Part shown: positions 19,823-29,301 of the stretch, piece by piece
Position numbering within the stretch: position 1 is the stretch's first letter
How the letters are laid out: every line of letters starts with the position of its first letter
NCBI GenBank assembly: GCA_016190205.1
Contig: JACPQZ010000045.1
Span: 33,923 to 97,922 of the forward strand
DNA: 64,000 nucleotides
Direction: 5' to 3'
Source: Candidatus Omnitrophota bacterium
GTDB lineage: Bacteria > Omnitrophota > JACPQZ01
Notes under the pieces: model-generated
Databases searched by the model: none
What the model was told of the DNA's origin: nothing
Seen by the model: the letters and a program-made list of their open reading frames with translations, nothing else
Made by a program: the position numbers and the translations under genes

Positions 19823-19836
19823 CTGGTGAGTCAATA

Positions 19837-20484
19837 ATGACAAAGATTGTTTCAGTCATTCTGGTCTTATTCGTTACGGGCTGCGCAGGCAACCAGATCA
19901 TTGCCCCCATCGCCACGCAAGCCGGGTTTTATCACCGCGTCGAAAAGGGACAGACGCTGTGGGCCATCTCACGTCAGTACGGTCTGACCGTCGAAGAGCT
20001 GATTGAAGCCAACAAGATTTCGGAGGCCTCCCGCATCGAATCAGGACAGCTTTTGTTCATACCCAGGGAGAAATCCAAGATCCGGAGCACCCCTTCGGAG
20101 GCCCCCGCGAATCATTCGTTCGTTTGGCCCGTACAGGGCCGCGTGATCTCGGGGTTCGGTACCCGACAGGAAGGAATAACGAACAAGGGCATACACATCG
20201 CCGCCAATGACGGGACCAATATTGTGGCGGCCTTGGACGGGACCGTCTCGTTCGCGCAAGAATCTGTGCGCGGGTTTGGTCACATGATCATCATCGACCA
20301 CATGAATAATTACCAAACGGTGTACGCACATAACCGGCAAAATCTTGTTAAAGAAGGGATGCGCGTCAGGAGAAGTGATGTGATTGCCAAGGTGGGATCC
20401 ACGGGCCGCGCCACGCTCCCTTATTTACATTTTGAAATCCGCAAAGATCACAAACCCAAAAACCCTTTCTACTACTTGCCTTAA
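19837..20484 (+). CDS. LysM-domain M23 peptidase lipoprotein (NlpD-like)
   Basis: Lipobox 'LFVTGCAG'. LysM 'YHRVEKGQTLWAISRQYGLTVEELIEANKI'. M23 'GIHIAANDGTNIVAALDGTV...HMIIIDH...TVYAHNRQ...GSTGRATLPYLHFEIR'. Confidence 0.85.
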   Translation: MTKIVSVILVLFVTGCAGNQIIAPIATQAGFYHRVEKGQTLWAISRQYGLTVEELIEANKISEASRIESGQLLFIPREKSKIRSTPSEAPANHSFVWPVQGRVISGFGTRQEGITNKGIHIAANDGTNIVAALDGTVSFAQESVRGFGHMIIIDHMNNYQTVYAHNRQNLVKEGMRVRRSDVIAKVGSTGRATLPYLHFEIRKDHKPKNPFYYLP

Positions 20485-20494
20485 GTTCTAGGAC

Positions 20495-22138
20495 ATGCAG
20501 TCTGAATCCATGCCGGTCGACGGCGTCCCCGTTCGGGGTGCCGTTGTCCAGCGACTTTTGCAGCGCGTTCAAGGCCTTTTGTCCGGCTTCCGTCAGAATG
20601 TGGCCATCCTGGGTCACGAGGGCTCTGGAAAAAGCCTGCTTCTTAACGATCTGGCGCGGGGGCTCAACGGGAGAGGGCCGATCCTGCTTTGCCTCGAGAT
20701 CTATCCGGAAAACTTCCGGACTTTCACAGAACGCTTTCTCTCACACCTCATCATCCGAGGCCTGGCCCAAAAGGGAGGCATTCCCTCACAGGGGTCGCTG
20801 AAGGCCTTGCTTGAGCAAGCCAGACACCGCTTGCCTGAGACAGCATCATGCGCTCAAAAGGTGCTGGGACTTCTCCCGCGAAATCCCGACGCGGCCTTCC
20901 AACTAGCCCTGGATCTGCCCATGCTGCTCGCGGCTGAGACCGGAGCACCCCTGCTGGTTCAACTCGATGAATTTGACAGACTTGGGAATTTTCACCTGCG
21001 CGATCCGTTCGCCTCTTTCGGCCGCAAGATACAGCTTCAGAAAAGCGTCATGTACCTTGTCACGAGCTCCCGGCCTCATCGCGCCCGGCTCATCCTCAAG
21101 GAAAAGCTCAACCTTCTCTTCGGTCACTTTGAGGTCATGGAGCTCGCAGGCCTGGATCCGGACTCCGCTCGCGAGCTCATGACTGCCGAGGCAGGCGCGG
21201 GCCCAGTTCCCGCAACCGAAGCAAACTTTCTCATAGCACTTACATCGGGGCACCCGTTTTATCTCAAGCACATCGCACGCACCTGGGGGCTCGTGGCTTC
21301 GACTTCGCTCACCACTCGCCCCGCGCCTGCACTGGACCGCGGCAGTCTTATGGAGGCTTTGGAAAAGGAACTGGTTGAGAAAGACGGATGTCTCCATTCC
21401 TTATTCAGGCGCCACGTAGACGAGATGTATGCTATGCGGTCTCACAGGTGTCACATCTCGGTCCTCTCGTCCCTCGCGCAAGGCAATCGCACATGCGCCC
21501 ACATCTCGCACGACTTAGGGCTCACCCGAAAAGAGGCCTCAAAGCAGCTCACGCGCCTTCACGACATGGATCTCGTCCTGCGCAGCGGCCAGCTCTATGC
21601 CGTCAAGGATTCGCTGTTTGCCTATTGGCTTAAAACGGTTTGGTGCCCCACGCTGGTGCAAGGGGACGCCTGCTCCCACGAGGTGAGACGCCTCTTCCGT
21701 ACTTCGCTTGAGTCCGATCTGGATGCCTTTATCCGGGCCGGGCAGCAAGGCATCCGTGAACGGGTGGCGGCGCTCTTCCGCAAATTCGAAAATGATCTGG
21801 TGGAAATCGGGGCCCGCAAGGTCCGGCTGCCCCTATTTGAGGAGGTATGCCCCCGCTCCACCGGACTGGACGGCGCACTCCCGCTTACGGCACGCAGGGG
21901 GAGTGCCTACTGGGTGGGGCATATCACAAACGGCCATACCAGCGAGGCAGAAATCACGCACTTTGCACGTGAGCTCAAAAAAAGCCGCTTGCCGGTCAAG
22001 CGCAAGATTATAATCAGTCAAAGACCTCTGGATATTAATGCCCGGCTCGTGGCCAAGGAAGCAAAGATTTGGACATGGGACCTCGATGAAATCAATTTGT
22101 TGCTAAATCTCTACGGACAACCTAAAATCATAGTGTAA
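20495..22138 (+). CDS. AAA+/ORC-like ATPase with C-terminal winged-helix domain
   Basis: Walker A 'ILGHEGSGKSLLL', Walker B 'LLVQLDEFDRL'. C-terminal wHTH-like segment. Resembles the 'archaeal ATPase' (PF01637-type) + DUF234 architecture. Confidence 0.5.
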   Translation: MQSESMPVDGVPVRGAVVQRLLQRVQGLLSGFRQNVAILGHEGSGKSLLLNDLARGLNGRGPILLCLEIYPENFRTFTERFLSHLIIRGLAQKGGIPSQGSLKALLEQARHRLPETASCAQKVLGLLPRNPDAAFQLALDLPMLLAAETGAPLLVQLDEFDRLGNFHLRDPFASFGRKIQLQKSVMYLVTSSRPHRARLILKEKLNLLFGHFEVMELAGLDPDSARELMTAEAGAGPVPATEANFLIALTSGHPFYLKHIARTWGLVASTSLTTRPAPALDRGSLMEALEKELVEKDGCLHSLFRRHVDEMYAMRSHRCHISVLSSLAQGNRTCAHISHDLGLTRKEASKQLTRLHDMDLVLRSGQLYAVKDSLFAYWLKTVWCPTLVQGDACSHEVRRLFRTSLESDLDAFIRAGQQGIRERVAALFRKFENDLVEIGARKVRLPLFEEVCPRSTGLDGALPLTARRGSAYWVGHITNGHTSEAEITHFARELKKSRLPVKRKIIISQRPLDINARLVAKEAKIWTWDLDEINLLLNLYGQPKIIV

Positions 22139-22141
22139 ACG

Positions 22142-22621
22142 ATGACGGATATACTCTGGGCCCCCTGGCGCGAACGCTACGTCCGCATGTATAAAAAATA
22201 CAAAGGCTGTCTTTTCTGCAAGGCACCCGCCCGGCACAAGGACCCTGCAAATCTCATCGTCAAGCGCAGCCGGCACGCGTTTGCCATGTTAAATAAATAC
22301 CCGTACAATTCTGGGCACCTTCTGGTCTCGCCGTACCGCCACCAAAAAGATTTGAGACCCTTGAGCGCCGAGGAACGTCTGGACCTGGTTGAGCTCTTAT
22401 GCGAGATGCAAGAGCTCTTGATCCGCACCCTTCGTCCCCAGAGCTTTAATGTCGGCATAAACATCGGCGGTCTTGCCGGCGCAGGTTTTAGGGACCACCT
22501 GCACTTTCACATTGTTCCGCGCTGGAAGGCAGATTGCAATTTTATGTCTATTGTTGGAAACGCCAGGGTCATTCCGGGCTCACTCAACGGACTCTACAAA
22601 AAGCTCAAACGGGCGCTGTGA
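22142..22621 (+). CDS. HIT-family nucleotide hydrolase/transferase
   Basis: Histidine triad 'HLHFHIVPRW'. N-terminal 'CLFC' as in Ap4A-phosphorylase/GalT-like HIT proteins. Confidence 0.65.
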   Translation: MTDILWAPWRERYVRMYKKYKGCLFCKAPARHKDPANLIVKRSRHAFAMLNKYPYNSGHLLVSPYRHQKDLRPLSAEERLDLVELLCEMQELLIRTLRPQSFNVGINIGGLAGAGFRDHLHFHIVPRWKADCNFMSIVGNARVIPGSLNGLYKKLKRAL

Positions 22622-22624
22622 AAA

Positions 22625-23785
22625 ATGCTGACCCGGGAAGATCTGGAGCAACGAGAGACGGCTGCACTCGCCCCCTATGCCTGCCGGGCCCGGGAGGGCC
22701 GGGGGAGGAAGCATCCGGAGAGTGAGCACCCTTATCGGACCTCATACCAGCGGGACCGGGACCGCATTATCCACTCGACCGCGTTCCGGCGTTTGGAATA
22801 CAAGACCCAGGTATTTGTCAACCATGAGGGTGATCATTACCGCACCCGCCTGACGCATTCGCTCGAAGCAGCCCAGATCGGCCGCACGATCGCGCGTGCC
22901 CTGGGTCTCAACGAAGACCTGGTGGAGGCTGTAATCCTCGCGCACGATTTGGGACACGGGCCCTTTGGGCACGCCGGACAGGACGCCCTGCATGCCCTGA
23001 TGCGGCAGCATGGCGGATTCGAGCATAACCTGCAAACCTTGCGTATCATCGATCTCCTGGAAACCCGCTACCAGGCATTTCCCGGTCTGAACCTCACCTT
23101 TGAGGTCCGCGAAGGAATCCTCAAACACCTTTTCCAATACAGCCGGCAGATCCAAAAAGGATTGAGCGAATTTGGCCATTCATCCTCGCCGTCACTGGAA
23201 GCCCAGGTGGCCAATATCGCGGACGAGATCGCCTATGATAGCCATGATCTTGACGACGGTTTTCGCTCAGGCCTGTTGTCAGACGAAGTGCTCAAAGGTA
23301 TCCCACTTTGGAGACGGGTCACGCAGGGCGGGCACGTGAAAAAAACCAAGGGCCCTGACAAGACATTCATCAGTTCTGCTGTCCGAAGACTCATCGACCT
23401 GCAGGTCACAAATCTTTTGACAGCTTCAGCGAAGCGGATCCGAGCCTTCCGGATCCGGACACCCCAAGACGTACGGCGCATGAAATCCCCCCTCATTGGC
23501 TTTTCGCGGGAGCTTGTCAAAGAAAAGGTCCTGCTCAAAAAGGGCCTTTGGGAGCACCTGTACATGCACTATCGGGTCGCGAGAATGAGCGAGAAGGGCA
23601 AGCGGGTTATTCGCGGCCTCTTCAACGTGTACTTAAAAGACCGCGACCAGATCCCTCCCCAAAACCGCAAGAGGGAAAACCAGGACGGCCTGCACCGCAT
23701 CATTTGCGATTACATCGCCGGCATGACTGACCGCTTCGCATTGGATGAGTATCGGAGGCTGTTTGACCCCTTTGAAAAGGTCTAG
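22625..23785 (+). CDS. dgt: dGTP triphosphohydrolase-like HD-domain protein
   Basis: 'RTRLTHSLEAAQIGRTIAR...AHDLGHGPFGHAGQDAL' HD motif. Overall dGTPase family architecture. Confidence 0.8.
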   Translation: MLTREDLEQRETAALAPYACRAREGRGRKHPESEHPYRTSYQRDRDRIIHSTAFRRLEYKTQVFVNHEGDHYRTRLTHSLEAAQIGRTIARALGLNEDLVEAVILAHDLGHGPFGHAGQDALHALMRQHGGFEHNLQTLRIIDLLETRYQAFPGLNLTFEVREGILKHLFQYSRQIQKGLSEFGHSSSPSLEAQVANIADEIAYDSHDLDDGFRSGLLSDEVLKGIPLWRRVTQGGHVKKTKGPDKTFISSAVRRLIDLQVTNLLTASAKRIRAFRIRTPQDVRRMKSPLIGFSRELVKEKVLLKKGLWEHLYMHYRVARMSEKGKRVIRGLFNVYLKDRDQIPPQNRKRENQDGLHRIICDYIAGMTDRFALDEYRRLFDPFEKV

Positions 23786-23841
23786 ACCAAAATAGACCAT
23801 TGACGAAAACTACATCCAGGAATACAATAACTTCATAAGCT

Positions 23842-24024
23842 ATGGAATTAGTTACTGCAGACGAGATGCTGAAAGAGGCGGAGGAACGCCTCCTCCTCTT
23901 GGAGCAAAAAGCAGCCGAACTGGAAGAGTCTCACGGGCCAGGTTGGATCGGAATCCTCCTCATTATCGCGAATACCTTCATGGGGTCGGCCTTCATCCTG
24001 CTCCTCCTGCAGACCTCCCTTTAG
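23842..24024 (+). CDS. Hypothetical small protein (coiled-coil + C-terminal TM)
   Basis: 60 aa. Amphipathic EE-rich N-terminus then 'GWIGILLIIANTFMGSAFILLLL'. Weak support. Confidence 0.25.
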   Translation: MELVTADEMLKEAEERLLLLEQKAAELEESHGPGWIGILLIIANTFMGSAFILLLLQTSL

Positions 24025-24040
24025 AAGATTCTCGATTAAC

Positions 24041-24721
24041 ATGCTGAAGGGGGTCTGCGCCGGCTTTCTGGTTGCGACTGGCGTGGGGTTGGTGTGCCTT
24101 AAACCTATTTCACACCCTCTCCTGGATCAGTTATTAACAAGAAAACTCGGTCAAGCCCTAGGGGCCGATATCCAGGCCAAGGATCTTGCGGTCGGGCCCC
24201 TCTACGGAATTTCAGCCCGCGATATATCCATCCGCCGCGAAGACGTTTTCTACGCCCAGGCCGCCAGCCTGTATACGAGGCCCCGTCTGGTCCTCATGAA
24301 TATCCGCCCCCACATCCGGCTGGATCTTGAGCTCGAGGATCTGGTCATCGGCCAGGACTATATGTCCACTCTGCTTGCCACGCAGACTCTGAACCGTGTG
24401 CCCTTCAGCAAATCTCGCGCGCAGGTCGAGATCCGGCCCTTCGGCTTGGAGGTGAACCAGATGACGGCCGAGGGCTCCTCCTGCCTGCTGGAAGCGAAAG
24501 GGGCTTACGACTATAACGGAAGGCTGAACTTCGACATTAAGTTTTTCATGGGTCCAGCACTCGCAGCCGAGATCCCTGCACCGCTTAAACAAGAAATGCT
24601 GCGCGTGGACCCTTCGGGTCGTGTGCTGTTTACGTTGCGGGTAGCGGGCACACGAGATCTTCCGTCCATAGAATTTGTGAGTGACAGGCACCGTTTCAAG
24701 GCCCAAACGAGGAAATTATGA
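24041..24721 (+). CDS. Hypothetical exported protein (AsmA-like C-terminal features)
   Basis: N-terminal hydrophobic anchor. No catalytic motif. Stop overlaps the start of the downstream nuclease gene (ATGA). Confidence 0.3.
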   Translation: MLKGVCAGFLVATGVGLVCLKPISHPLLDQLLTRKLGQALGADIQAKDLAVGPLYGISARDISIRREDVFYAQAASLYTRPRLVLMNIRPHIRLDLELEDLVIGQDYMSTLLATQTLNRVPFSKSRAQVEIRPFGLEVNQMTAEGSSCLLEAKGAYDYNGRLNFDIKFFMGPALAAEIPAPLKQEMLRVDPSGRVLFTLRVAGTRDLPSIEFVSDRHRFKAQTRKL

Positions 24722-25947
24722 CTACCTACTCCTATTCCCGCTTAACCACTTACGAAAACTGTGCCTTGAGATATAAGTACCGGTATATTGATGGAATCAA
24801 AAAGGACGCTGTCGGGATTGAGGCCTACCTGGGCAATACGGTTCATCTGACTCTGCAGAAGCTGTACCAAGACCTCATGCGCGAGAAGACAAACAGCTTA
24901 GGAGATCTCATCACCTTCTTTAATGAACTCTGGTCTAAAAACTGGACACCCAATATCTTTCTGGTCAACAAAAAATATACTGAAGACAACTACCGCCGGA
25001 CCGGGGAGCGGTGCCTGAGGGACTACTACAAGCGCTATGCCCCTTTCGGCCAGAGCACCACCCTGGGGCTGGAGGAGCGGATCCAGATTGATCTGGGGCA
25101 GGGGCATTACCGGATGGTTGGCTACATTGACCGGCTGGCGCGCGCGCCGGATGGGACGCTTGAAATACATGACTATAAGACTTCAGGACGCCTCCCCGAT
25201 CAGGAAACAATCAACGCAGACCGTCAGCTCGCGCTCTATCAGATCGCGATTCAGCAACGCTGGCCGGACACGCGCAAGGTGAAGCTTATATGGCACTTCC
25301 TGCTCTTTGATATGGAGCTTGCCTCCACACGTGACGCCCGCCAACTCGCAGGCTTGAGCCAGGATCTGATTCGGCTCATCCAGGAGGTCGAGCAGGCCAA
25401 AACCTTCGCGCCTCGGGAAAGCCCGCTCTGCGACTGGTGCGAGTATGCCCCCGATTGCCCCATCCAAAAGCACCGGTTTAAGGTGGATGGTCTTCCCGTC
25501 AACCGCTATCTGACCGAAGAAGGGGTGGTGCTTGTCAATAAATACATGCAGATCCTAACCGAAAGGCGCGCAAGGGGAAAGGAATACGACGACGAGCTGG
25601 AAAAGGTCAGGGCAGCCATCCTTAGCTTTGCGGAGCGCGAGGGGACCCAAGTCCTCAAGGGATTGGATTACAAGCTCCGTATCGACACGGAGTCCAGGCT
25701 GGTTCTGCCGGACATGGCGGATCCCAAACGTGCGGAGCTTGAAGCGCTCCTCAACAAGGCAGGCAAGTGGGAGGAGGTCGCGGCCCTGTCCCCAAGCCGC
25801 CTCCAGGAAGCACTGCAAAAGACCTCATGGGACCCGGCCCTTGCTCAACGTATCAAAGGCCTGTGTTCGGAAGCCTGTTTCCCCCGCCTCTATCCCTCCA
25901 AAATTAAGGATGCGGAGAGACTTTTCGAAGCACTCACCGAAGAATAG
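24718..25947 (+). CDS. PD-(D/E)XK nuclease family protein (RecB/Cas4-like, with Cys cluster)
   Basis: N-terminal 'YSYSRLTTYENCALRYKYRYI'. Core 'GYIDRLARAPDGTLEIHDYKTS' (D...E.K). C-terminal 'CDWCEYAPDCP' Fe-S-like cysteines as in Cas4/AddB nuclease domains. Confidence 0.6.
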   Translation: MTTYSYSRLTTYENCALRYKYRYIDGIKKDAVGIEAYLGNTVHLTLQKLYQDLMREKTNSLGDLITFFNELWSKNWTPNIFLVNKKYTEDNYRRTGERCLRDYYKRYAPFGQSTTLGLEERIQIDLGQGHYRMVGYIDRLARAPDGTLEIHDYKTSGRLPDQETINADRQLALYQIAIQQRWPDTRKVKLIWHFLLFDMELASTRDARQLAGLSQDLIRLIQEVEQAKTFAPRESPLCDWCEYAPDCPIQKHRFKVDGLPVNRYLTEEGVVLVNKYMQILTERRARGKEYDDELEKVRAAILSFAEREGTQVLKGLDYKLRIDTESRLVLPDMADPKRAELEALLNKAGKWEEVAALSPSRLQEALQKTSWDPALAQRIKGLCSEACFPRLYPSKIKDAERLFEALTEE

Positions 25948-26028
25948 TATTCCCCCCACGCGATTCATCTTGATGTCAGAGCGCCTTAAATGTTATAATC
26001 CGTCTAACTAACGGGTGGGAGAAAGGTT

Positions 26029-26676
26029 ATGACAGAGGAGCGGGGGGGGGTCCAAAGAGAGCTTTTTCCGAAGCTCGAAGGCGGCCACGAGGCCAGCACC
26101 TTTAGAAGCCGGTTTAACGTGAGGCCTGCGGGCAAGGTTTCTTTTTCCATCTCCTATGAAAATTTGGTTTTTGTCGGTATCCTTTTCATCATGACATTCG
26201 TGCTTTCGTTTTCCCTTGGCGTGGAAAAGGGTAAAGGGCGGGTCACGCAAGTTGCTTTTCGAGACGAGCCCGTTCCTCAAGGGCTTGCGCCCGCGCAGGA
26301 CGTTATCGGTGAACCCGCGCCGAAGCCCGCTGCGGTGGCTCAAAAGACCGTGAGTGCTGCTGCGGTCGAAAACAAAACAGAAACTCCCGTCCCGGTTGTA
26401 CCCGCAACAGAAAAGTCCGCCTTCGCCGCGCCGGCAGTCAAACCGCGGGAGGCGGGGTATACCATTCAGCTCATTACCTTCGCACAGCAGGACTCAGCCA
26501 ACAAACAGGTTGAGCAGTTGAAGAAAGACGGCTATAAACCTTACCTGAAAACCAGCGGCAAATATTTCGTTATCTGTGAAGGAGATTATCCCGACTCAAG
26601 CACGGCCAAGCTCACACTGGCACAGTTTAAGAAATCCAAATCTTATCAAGACGCATTTTTGAAAAAGCTTCGTTAA
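26029..26676 (+). CDS. SPOR-domain membrane protein
   Basis: One TM, then an A/P-rich linker. C-terminal 'GYTIQLITFAQQDSANKQVEQLKKDGYKPYL...GKYFVICEGDYPDSSTA' SPOR-like peptidoglycan-binding domain. Confidence 0.6.
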   Translation: MTEERGGVQRELFPKLEGGHEASTFRSRFNVRPAGKVSFSISYENLVFVGILFIMTFVLSFSLGVEKGKGRVTQVAFRDEPVPQGLAPAQDVIGEPAPKPAAVAQKTVSAAAVENKTETPVPVVPATEKSAFAAPAVKPREAGYTIQLITFAQQDSANKQVEQLKKDGYKPYLKTSGKYFVICEGDYPDSSTAKLTLAQFKKSKSYQDAFLKKLR

Positions 26677-26686
26677 GGGTCCTCCC

Positions 26687-27637
26687 ATGCTGGGAATCGT
26701 CTTACCATGTATTTTGAGTTTTATCCTCTTTGCCGTCATGCCCCTTCCCAGCGCTGCAACTGAAGCCGAGGCTTTCCGAAAGCCGCGCGAGTATCCTGCC
26801 GCCCACATCCCGGACCCCGAGCCTGCGGCGAGCGTGGAGCGGGAAAATCTGAACCGGCGCGACGTTCGTATCCCGAAGGGATTTCCCGCCGCACAGAAGG
26901 AGAATAACCCTGATCAGGGCTCCCCGGGCGAAAATCAGGAAATGCTGGACCCCTGGCAGGCGGCCACCCTGAAAAATAATCTCGGCAACAAGCTGGAGGA
27001 TGAAGGAGATCTAAAGGGGGCCGAGCAGGCTTACCAAGAAGCTATAGACATCGCCCCGGATTCGCCCCTCGCTTATTCGAACTTGGGCAATCTGTACTCT
27101 AAAAAGGGGGATATCGCACAAGCCGTCGCCCTTTATAAGAAGGCGCTTCGGCTGGACCCCACGGCCACCTTTGCGCATATCAACCTGGGCAATGCCTATT
27201 ACGAGCTCAATGACTGGACCCACGCTATCAAGGAATACAAGATCGCACTGGTTCTGGATCCCGAGTCACTCGTCGCACACAACAATCTAGGCGATGCCTA
27301 TATCAAAAAGGGCCTTCCCAACCACGCCCTGAGGCATCTCAAGAAGGCCGTCGAGATGGATCCAGGTTTTGCGGCCGCCCACGACAATTTGGGTGATGCC
27401 TACCGCGCCAAGGGCGAGTTCGACGAGGCTGCGGCGGCCTATGAGCGCGCTCAACAACTCAGGCCAGCCTATGGCCCCTATTATCTCAAGCTGGCGCGCC
27501 TCCTGCACGCGCGGGGAGAGGCGGATAAGGCCAGAACTTTTTTCAGAAAAGGTATTGACCTTCTGAGCATGCCTTCGGACCGCCAGGCGGCATTCCAGGA
27601 ATATCACAAACTATTTGGAAGGGTATCCAAATCATGA
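26687..27637 (+). CDS. TPR-repeat protein (secreted)
   Basis: Signal peptide, then at least 6 canonical TPR units (AYSNLGNLYSKKGDIAQAVALYKKALRLDP...). Confidence 0.65.
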   Translation: MLGIVLPCILSFILFAVMPLPSAATEAEAFRKPREYPAAHIPDPEPAASVERENLNRRDVRIPKGFPAAQKENNPDQGSPGENQEMLDPWQAATLKNNLGNKLEDEGDLKGAEQAYQEAIDIAPDSPLAYSNLGNLYSKKGDIAQAVALYKKALRLDPTATFAHINLGNAYYELNDWTHAIKEYKIALVLDPESLVAHNNLGDAYIKKGLPNHALRHLKKAVEMDPGFAAAHDNLGDAYRAKGEFDEAAAAYERAQQLRPAYGPYYLKLARLLHARGEADKARTFFRKGIDLLSMPSDRQAAFQEYHKLFGRVSKS

Positions 27638-27915
27638 GTCAACATCGCAGTTATAGAGGCGGTGCACAGCATGCCAGGCACCGGAGTGTGCTCAAGCGCG
27701 GCGAACGCATCAAGAGCCTTGAGAAAGAAGGGAAATGGAGTCCGGAACGATCGGTCTTCTCCCTTCCCAAAGTTAAAACCGTAAGGTTTAGGGTCAAGAA
27801 GGAAAAGGCGGCTGCGAAACCTGCTCCAGGCGAGGCCCCAGCGGAGAAACCTGCTCCAGGCGCCCAGCCGAAGCAAGAGAAAAAATCGGATAAGACCCCG
27901 TCTGGCACAAAGTAA
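27634..27915 (+). CDS. Hypothetical basic Lys/Pro/Ala-rich protein
   Basis: Low-complexity, highly basic 93-aa product (KKEKAAAKPAPGEAPAEKPAPGAQPKQEKK). Start overlaps the upstream stop. Confidence 0.3.
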   Translation: MSQHRSYRGGAQHARHRSVLKRGERIKSLEKEGKWSPERSVFSLPKVKTVRFRVKKEKAAAKPAPGEAPAEKPAPGAQPKQEKKSDKTPSGTK

Positions 27916-27919
27916 TACG

Positions 27920-28420
27920 ATGATTCACGCCCTTGCGGGCTTGTTGTTCGTACCCCTTCTCATCTGTGTGCTGCCGGATGATGCCGGTGCGGCTCAATTT
28001 CCTTTTTCGGCTCGTCCCATACGGGATCATGTCCGCGTGCGGGCCGACAGTACCTTGTACAGTCCTATATTGGGCGAACTCATGGCAGATGCCCCGATTC
28101 GTGTCGTCGCAGAGCGCTGGGATTGGTACAAGATCAGCCTACCGTCAGAAATCCCTGCCTATGTCCATTCATCCTTTCTGAAGCAGATTTCGCCCACCTT
28201 AGCTCAAGTCACCGCCTCCGGAGTAAATGCACGGGCGTACGCGTCGCGCGAGGCCCCTGTGGTGGGAACCCTCTCTCATGAGGACCGGGTGGAGTACTCC
28301 GTCCAGGAGGGCGAATGGATCAAAATCAAATCCCTGCCCAAGTTCAGCGGTTACGTTCACTCGCAGTTCGTGGTGCCCATCCCGACTGCTGGAGGAGACC
28401 TTGAACATCCGCAGCGTTAA
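27920..28420 (+). CDS. Bacterial SH3 (SH3b) domain protein, two repeats
   Basis: Signal peptide. Repeated 'VRVRADSTLYSPILGELMADAPIRVVAERWDWYKI' / 'VNARAYASREAPVVGTLSHEDRVEYSVQEGEWIKI' SH3b-like modules. Confidence 0.5.
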   Translation: MIHALAGLLFVPLLICVLPDDAGAAQFPFSARPIRDHVRVRADSTLYSPILGELMADAPIRVVAERWDWYKISLPSEIPAYVHSSFLKQISPTLAQVTASGVNARAYASREAPVVGTLSHEDRVEYSVQEGEWIKIKSLPKFSGYVHSQFVVPIPTAGGDLEHPQR

Positions 28421-28871
28421 GAAAAAGGATTCCGCCCAGGTCATCAAGCTCATTCAGGACGTGGTGAACGCGGAATTTGCCCCTCAAGAGAAGGAGGCCT
28501 ATCCCATGGACGACGTGCTGGATCTGCCCGCAAGTTACCAGGGCAGGCGCGATGCCTTTTTCGTCATGAGCGACGGCCCGCAAACAATCGTCGGGACCTG
28601 TGGAGTCAAGAATGAAGGCAACGGCGTCGGCCTCATCCGGCGTGTCTTCGTCAGGCCCTCCCACAGGCGCGAGGGGGTGGCCGAGCGCCTCGTGCGGCAC
28701 TCCATACAGTTCGCAAAGAATCAGGGTTACCGAGTGCTCCAGGTCAGAACCACAAGCGCCATGAAAGCGGCGATCGCACTGCTTTACAAAGTCGGCTTCC
28801 AGGAGCGCGCCACCTTAGAGGTTGGAAGGCTCAAAATGCTTAAACTCACGTACAACTGTAAGGAGGACTGA
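28401..28871 (+). CDS. GNAT-family N-acetyltransferase
   Basis: 'TIVGTCGVK...VGLIRRVFVRPSHRREGVAERLVRHSIQFAKNQGYRVLQ' acetyl-CoA-binding motif A. A TTG start at 28401 is assumed (no in-frame ATG). Confidence 0.65.
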   Translation: MNIRSVKKKDSAQVIKLIQDVVNAEFAPQEKEAYPMDDVLDLPASYQGRRDAFFVMSDGPQTIVGTCGVKNEGNGVGLIRRVFVRPSHRREGVAERLVRHSIQFAKNQGYRVLQVRTTSAMKAAIALLYKVGFQERATLEVGRLKMLKLTYNCKED

Positions 28872-28872
28872 A

Positions 28873-29298
28873 ATGCTGCTTGTTCCAGAAATCAAACCGT
28901 ATAAAGATACCCGGCCTGTCCGGGCTATGACTGAACAGGAAATCCAGGAGAAACTGTACGGCAGGAAGGTGAATGTCCTGTCAGGCGTTCATCCGCAGTT
29001 GGCCCAGGCTAAAACCCGTATCGCTGATCTGGAGGGAGCACTCCGCGAACACGAGGCGCGCGAGAGGGGGCTTGAGACACGCATGGAGGCACTCGAGCAG
29101 GAGAAACGCGAGTTCGCGAAAAAAGCCGCCCGCGCCGAGCGGGAGCGCGATCGCCTGGACCGCAGATTGGAAGAGCTGGCAGCGCAGGCCCCTGAACGCG
29201 AACCCCGGAAGCAGCCGGCCGCGGACCTGGCGCAAGGCGCGTGGAAGAAGCTCAAGTCGTCGCTCGCACGGCTTAAGAAACCGACGGCTACACAGTAG
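28873..29298 (+). CDS. Hypothetical coiled-coil protein
   Basis: RBS AGGAGG before the ATG at 28873. Product is dominated by an E/R/A-rich heptad coiled coil. Confidence 0.3.
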   Translation: MLLVPEIKPYKDTRPVRAMTEQEIQEKLYGRKVNVLSGVHPQLAQAKTRIADLEGALREHEARERGLETRMEALEQEKREFAKKAARAERERDRLDRRLEELAAQAPEREPRKQPAADLAQGAWKKLKSSLARLKKPTATQ

Positions 29299-29301
29299 CA
29301 T

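Noticed and set aside
25990-26030. Mobile genetic element or transposase search across the window
   Set aside because: No transposase, integrase, recombinase or phage structural gene signatures were found in any frame. The only mobility-like signal is the tRNA 3' duplication reported above.
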